Below, piece by piece: positions 59,618 through 64,000 of a stretch of DNA of 64,000 bases (position 1 is the first letter of the stretch; each line of letters opens with the position of its first letter). The stretch lies in the IMG/VR virus record IMGVR_UViG_3300046370_000202, one strand, 5' to 3'. The stretch comes from a virus. The notes beneath the pieces are model-generated. The model worked only from the letters and a program-made list of their open reading frames with translations, was not told where the DNA came from and did not search any database. The position numbers and the translations under genes were made by a program.

Positions 59618-60604
59618 TTAGTCCCTATAATCGTTTAAAGTAAAGTTTGTTCCGTGCATCTTCATCAAATCTCTCTCGTGATTGGTGTAGACCAATACTT
59701 CTGGATCATCAATGAGGAAGTCACAGTTTTTACAGAAGTCTGGATAGTCCCCTGTACGATGTTGTTCACGAAGTTTTTCGTACTCTTCACCAAAGAAGAT
59801 ATCTAAGATGTTATCTTCTGAACAGTGACCAAGTACGGCCTCTTCATCGCGACCTAGAACCTGACAACACGGGTGAACCGCACCCGTCTCGCCTTCTAGA
59901 CCACCGGCACGAATTACTACATCGGGCGAGAACGGACGACCACAAGTCTTTACTTGTCCCTGTCGTGCGTTGTCTCCGATATCCCATGCGCCAGACCAGT
60001 TGTGCATCTTCCAGATCTCTGTCTTGACGCCCAACTCATCGACCAGCGACTTGTACTTCTCTAGTTCTTGGTCGATGCTGTCGTTGTCTGTGATTAAGTG
60101 ATAGGTAGACACTACGCAATCTGCGCCTGTCTCATTTACATAGGAAACCATTTCCTGAATGTTGCGCTTGATCTGCGCGTAGTGCCCACCCACAGCATTG
60201 TACATCCACTTGGTGTAGTCTTGTTCGTCCGCACCAATGAATGAAAACCGATAGAAGTCCAGTCCCGCGTCTACACAGTCGCGCATGTACTGACCTTCCA
60301 TTTTAAATCCGTTAGAGAAAATGAACGCCTTTGCGCCATACTTCTTACATATCTTAATATACTCAGGCAAGTTCTTAGCCATCGTCGCCTCGCCTGACCC
60401 ATCTAAGTTGACTACGTTCAGGCCATACTGTGCGCAGTCAGCGACGTACTTCTCAAACTCATCCACTTTCATGATGCGCCGAAACCCTTTGTGGCGGCCG
60501 CCCTCACGTAGATCTTGTGGACACATAGAACACGAGTAGTTACATCCCCCCGCTACCTCAATCACGGCACGGTCAATTTGAAATGTTTCTCTAGTCATTT
60601 CCAT
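59618..60604 (-). CDS. Radical SAM / SPASM-twitch domain protein
   Basis: CNYSCSMCP (CxxxCxxC), GSGE, SNG, C-terminal C..P...G.V.PCC...C..C. Confidence 0.9.
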   Translation of the reverse strand: MEMTRETFQIDRAVIEVAGGCNYSCSMCPQDLREGGRHKGFRRIMKVDEFEKYVADCAQYGLNVVNLDGSGEATMAKNLPEYIKICKKYGAKAFIFSNGFKMEGQYMRDCVDAGLDFYRFSFIGADEQDYTKWMYNAVGGHYAQIKRNIQEMVSYVNETGADCVVSTYHLITDNDSIDQELEKYKSLVDELGVKTEIWKMHNWSGAWDIGDNARQGQVKTCGRPFSPDVVIRAGGLEGETGAVHPCCQVLGRDEEAVLGHCSEDNILDIFFGEEYEKLREQHRTGDYPDFCKNCDFLIDDPEVLVYTNHERDLMKMHGTNFTLNDYRD

Positions 60605-61475
60605 AGTATTGATTCATCCTATTCTCATAGTCAACTGCTTTATTCTTTGCGTGACCTAATAGATCACCTGTATGTTCTAACCACCACCAAACGTTACGAT
60701 CGTCATAGTGCGTCTCAGGGTTCAACCTAAGCGCATTAGGTGTATGGTATTTAGTCACGCCTTCACCACTGATTACGGCGAGAGGTCTTGCAAAGTTCTT
60801 CGCGACATAGTGCCAAATCCCGTCGTAACAAATCACCATCCGTGCAGTAGAGATAAGGTGCATTGCTTCAGATGCTGGTGTACGATACGATAGTTCGTGT
60901 AACTCGAACCCCATCGCCTTGAAGTGTATAATCAACTGTTCCCAGTCTTCGTTATCGAACAACCGTTTCCATGTGCGAGGTTTCTCTGCGTTCCATGTCG
61001 GCCGCCAGAACACGATACGTTTGGGGGCGTACTCTTGAAACGCATCTTGCCGAAAGATCCAATCGTTGTTCGGCGCAGGGGATCCCCGATCGTCTTTGTA
61101 GTATCCTGATTGAAACCAGAACCTATTCTTGGGCCCGTGAGAGTTTATAGCTGCTATTCTACGTTCACCATTCGACTCCAAAACAACATCATCGTCAAAC
61201 TTCCAATCACGGTATCGGCCGTTCGCGTTAAAGATGTGATGTATCTCTACGCGATCTTGTTGGTGGTAGAAGTTGTGGATGTAGTCACATCGTTCGATGA
61301 TCGTCTCAGGATCTTCGAAGTGATGAAGATAGTCTGGTCCGTGTTCCCAATGAAGTTCTAGATTGATCTTTCGGACATTATGATCAGCCGCGTAACGATG
61401 GCAGGCATTGAGTGCCCACATAAAATCACCGACGCCTGGGGTACCGCGCCAGGTAACGAGCTCGGACGGTTTCAT
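60591..61475 (-). CDS. GT-B (GT9/heptosyltransferase-like) protein
   Basis: G.GDFM.ALN N-terminus; LISTARMVICYDGIWHYVA C-terminus. Confidence 0.5.
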   Translation of the reverse strand: MKPSELVTWRGTPGVGDFMWALNACHRYAADHNVRKINLELHWEHGPDYLHHFEDPETIIERCDYIHNFYHQQDRVEIHHIFNANGRYRDWKFDDDVVLESNGERRIAAINSHGPKNRFWFQSGYYKDDRGSPAPNNDWIFRQDAFQEYAPKRIVFWRPTWNAEKPRTWKRLFDNEDWEQLIIHFKAMGFELHELSYRTPASEAMHLISTARMVICYDGIWHYVAKNFARPLAVISGEGVTKYHTPNALRLNPETHYDDRNVWWWLEHTGDLLGHAKNKAVDYENRMNQYYGND

Positions 61476-61810
61476 TAATTCGTCTTAATACTCTTGACTT
61501 TACGTGCTGAACCTGTAGACGTGTACAGACCAAACCATGCAGCCCCCGCACCGACTACGACAGAGATAAGACCTGCCTGTGACGCGTTAGGCTCTGGTAG
61601 AGACATAAACCACTGAGTTGTCTGTATGAGCAGGTACAGATAAGTACCAATGAATGCACGAGGGAATAATCTGTATGCATCAATTACGTCTGCGAATTGT
61701 AGTAGGGACTCGAATTTATTATATTCCGGCGCCTTCTGAGTTGTATCTAACTCAATCTCTACTTGCAGTTTCTTTTTCTCTACTACTGGTACTGCTGATT
61801 CTTCTGTCAT
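61475..61810 (-). CDS. Membrane protein (holin-like)
   Basis: D.YRLFPR....Y......WFM.LPEP...QAGL.SVVVGA..AWFGLY. Confidence 0.65.
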   Translation of the reverse strand: MTEESAVPVVEKKKLQVEIELDTTQKAPEYNKFESLLQFADVIDAYRLFPRAFIGTYLYLLIQTTQWFMSLPEPNASQAGLISVVVGAGAAWFGLYTSTGSARKVKSIKTN

Positions 61811-62080
61811 TTAGCTAAACCTTTTTTGTATCCATTTATATATGGCATATATTGAAAGACCATAAAACGCAAGTACACTCATCGGCAGACCGATGTAGAT
61901 CAACTCCCACGGGTGAAGAAACAACAACTCCCACGAAAGATCTACGATTGCCTGTACGTCACTTGTTCTAGAAACATCTGACATATCCATGGCAAGATCA
62001 TATTCTTCTACGATACCGTTCCATGTGTCGATGTCCATACAGACCAGATCGTCTGGACAGATAAATTCTTCTTCCATCAC
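61811..62080 (-). CDS. Small membrane protein
   Basis: C-terminal TM helix. Confidence 0.6.
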   Translation of the reverse strand: MMEEEFICPDDLVCMDIDTWNGIVEEYDLAMDMSDVSRTSDVQAIVDLSWELLFLHPWELIYIGLPMSVLAFYGLSIYAIYKWIQKRFS

Positions 62081-62238
62081 TTAACCTTAAAATCTTTCGG
62101 GTCGCCGTTGATCAGTTCTTTTGCTTTTGTTTCCCAGACCCAAGGACACAGTCCATGTACAAACGAAACAAAAGAGATTGTCCAAGCCCTTCGTAGATGT
62201 TCAAAGTAACCCAGTTCAATCTCTTTCAGATGTTTCAT
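62077..62238 (-). CDS. Small conserved protein
   Basis: MKHLKE...GYFEHL.RAW......VHG..PW; TAATG coupling. Confidence 0.65.
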   Translation of the reverse strand: MKHLKEIELGYFEHLRRAWTISFVSFVHGLCPWVWETKAKELINGDPKDFKVK

Positions 62239-63743
62239 TAGAAGACCTTTACGTCGTATTTTTGTTGCCATAGTTCTGCATCGTGTTCGTCGTTGACCAT
62301 TGGTCGACCACGTATGTTTAAACTAGTATTTAGTAACATTGGCACGCCGGTACGATCATAATATTCTTCAATAACCTTACGGAACACCGATTCGCAATCC
62401 TTACGCACAATCTGTACTCGTGCAGTACCGTCCACGTGTGTGACGGGTGCATAGTCATGCTTTGCCCACGAAGTAAATTGCATGTGTTCGTTCATTGGGC
62501 CGTCGAAGTATTCTTCTGCATACTCTTCCAGAATGGCAGGGGCAAACGGACGATACTTCTGCCGCCGTTTGATTGTATTGACCGTGTCCTGTACGTCGAA
62601 TCTTACATCAGCGATAAGAGATCGGTTGCCAAGAGCTCTAGGGCCAAACTCAGCCCTTCCATTAGCAATGCCACAATACTTATGTTCAAGTAGATGGTCA
62701 ACGACAGCACTGGGATCAATAGGATTGGTAATATCATATCCCGCATATGGACTCCAAATAAGTTTATCTTTACCTGTTGCTTTTGCCCATGAACGTGCGG
62801 CAGTACCTAGACCTGAACCAGCGTCCGTTGGTGATACTGCAATGTGCACTTCGTCAAACAACTCAAACAAACGCGAGTTGATTACGACGTTCTGTGCGCA
62901 CCCCCCAGAGTAACACAACTTCTTACCATATTTAGACGCCTCGCGCATTATACTCATGATCGCGTAGTCCGCGAAATCTTGAACCGCACGTGCCGCAACT
63001 TTATCTTCTACCGAAAGAACGCGTCTCTGGTATTCTTTACGAAACTGCAGTCTATCTTGTTCACGTTTAGATTTTGGATCGCCGACTGCAACACCCATTG
63101 CAACTTCTGGTGCGATGTCTTCTAGGTTGTCGTACCAATCGATCAACCACTGCGTCAGTTCCATAGACTGTTCGTCAGTCTCATGATACGCAGACAGACC
63201 CATAACCACGTACTCATCTTCAAGTGGACGCAATCCCAAGAACTTAGTCACGAGTGTGTACACTAGACCGACTGACTTCGGGTAGTGCCACTCTTTGATT
63301 AAATTGAACTTGTGGTCCATGATGCAAGCCGTCTGCAATTCACCGACCCCATCGATAGAGACTAGGACAGTATCTTCAGATGAATCCCACGGCCGCGTAT
63401 AGAACGCAGAGGCGCAGTGTGACTCGTGATGTAGATGGTGCGCATCATACACAGACGCTTCTGGATATGGAAATTTTTCGAACGCTTCAGAAAATCTAAT
63501 ACTTCCTAGGTTTCTAGCTGTACCTTCTGCTCCGCCACGTATATCAAACTTGATACCGTGATCTTCATAGAAAGACACATGGTCATCATCATTTATCATA
63601 TCCCATAATACATCGGGTATGTTAGCGTCGTTTTTCTTTTTGGAGTATCGTTCTCCGTGCGTAGCAAATTCTACTGTACCATCTTCATTGATGATCGCTA
63701 AGCCTGCGTCGTGATAGAATTCGCTGTAACCTACGTATCTCAT
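62238..63743 (-). CDS. Carbamoyltransferase (NodU/CmcH family)
   Basis: HDAG, ERYS.KK.D, HHESH.ASAF, IDGVGE, GGCAQN, DAG..LG, EFGPRALGNRS, RPFAP, HVDGTARVQ, LLNTSLN. Confidence 0.95.
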   Translation of the reverse strand: MRYVGYSEFYHDAGLAIINEDGTVEFATHGERYSKKKNDANIPDVLWDMINDDDHVSFYEDHGIKFDIRGGAEGTARNLGSIRFSEAFEKFPYPEASVYDAHHLHHESHCASAFYTRPWDSSEDTVLVSIDGVGELQTACIMDHKFNLIKEWHYPKSVGLVYTLVTKFLGLRPLEDEYVVMGLSAYHETDEQSMELTQWLIDWYDNLEDIAPEVAMGVAVGDPKSKREQDRLQFRKEYQRRVLSVEDKVAARAVQDFADYAIMSIMREASKYGKKLCYSGGCAQNVVINSRLFELFDEVHIAVSPTDAGSGLGTAARSWAKATGKDKLIWSPYAGYDITNPIDPSAVVDHLLEHKYCGIANGRAEFGPRALGNRSLIADVRFDVQDTVNTIKRRQKYRPFAPAILEEYAEEYFDGPMNEHMQFTSWAKHDYAPVTHVDGTARVQIVRKDCESVFRKVIEEYYDRTGVPMLLNTSLNIRGRPMVNDEHDAELWQQKYDVKVF

Positions 63744-63754
63744 TTTTCACCTAT

Positions 63755-63778
63755 AAAAAAGGGGGACCGAAGTCCCCC
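63755..63778 (-). terminator. Intrinsic terminator
   Basis: GGGGGAC-TTCG-GTCCCCC-TTTTTT on the minus strand. Confidence 0.9.
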
Positions 63779-63798
63779 AACATGCTACCTTGAGCGGG

Positions 63799-64000
63799 TT
63801 ATTCTCCAATTACGTAGTTATATATGTCTTTCCAATTACGCATCAATGGGAACTCGCTGTCCTGATTGTACCCGTGCGACATAACTATAGACTCCAGACC
63901 TACCTTCGCACCAGCGACGGCATTCTCTACCTTGTCTTCTACCCACAGACATCCTGTGTCTCGGTAGAATTCTAGCTCTTCATCTTTGTCCGCGCCGGTA
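63799..64000 (-). CDS. HAD-family phosphatase/5'-nucleotidase (T4 30.2-like), 3' end only
   Basis: TGADKDEEL..Y...LWVEDKVENA..G.KVGL.SIVM.HGYN...NWKDIY. Confidence 0.75.
   Translation of the reverse strand, partial: TGADKDEELEFYRDTGCLWVEDKVENAVAGAKVGLESIVMSHGYNQDSEFPLMRNWKDIYNYVIGE

Noticed and set aside
1-64000. tRNA/rRNA genes, introns, inteins, homing endonucleases, integrase or IS elements
   Set aside because: None recognised by eye; gp4 is the normal head-completion nuclease. A tRNAscan/Infernal run would be needed to exclude divergent RNAs.

Overview
A 64 kb segment of a large T4-like (Tevenvirinae/Kyanoviridae-style) myophage genome, probably aquatic. 1-45.5 kb is a late, TATAAATA-promoter-driven tail, baseplate and fibre region (gp6/7/8/25/5/27/53/48/4/2/54/26/51/29 homologues, a VrlC-like protein, several coiled-coil fibres). 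45.8-47.1 kb encodes gp32 and gp33. 47-54 kb holds small early genes behind repeated sigma70-type promoters. 55-64 kb is a glycan-modification cluster. The main discovery is the 1800-aa protein at 10296-15698. It is built of tetrapeptide units, and its N- and C-terminal arms are mirror-complementary at the protein level: Arg/Ser-type and Phe/Gly-type blocks of 8/7/64/9/9/34 units are matched in reverse order, and both arms are exactly 524 aa. This suggests a giant RNA-stem-like antiparallel beta-hairpin filament with a forked tip carrying two small domains. A glycosyltransferase and an oxygenase lie next to it. Other notable signals: a probable -1 frameshift fusing gp26 to an unannotated gp51-like ORF just before the tape-measure gene, a small domain shared by three virion proteins, and a structured RNA candidate at ~49.9-50.0 kb. 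All calls come from reading the sequence and recalling family motifs; no database searches were run.
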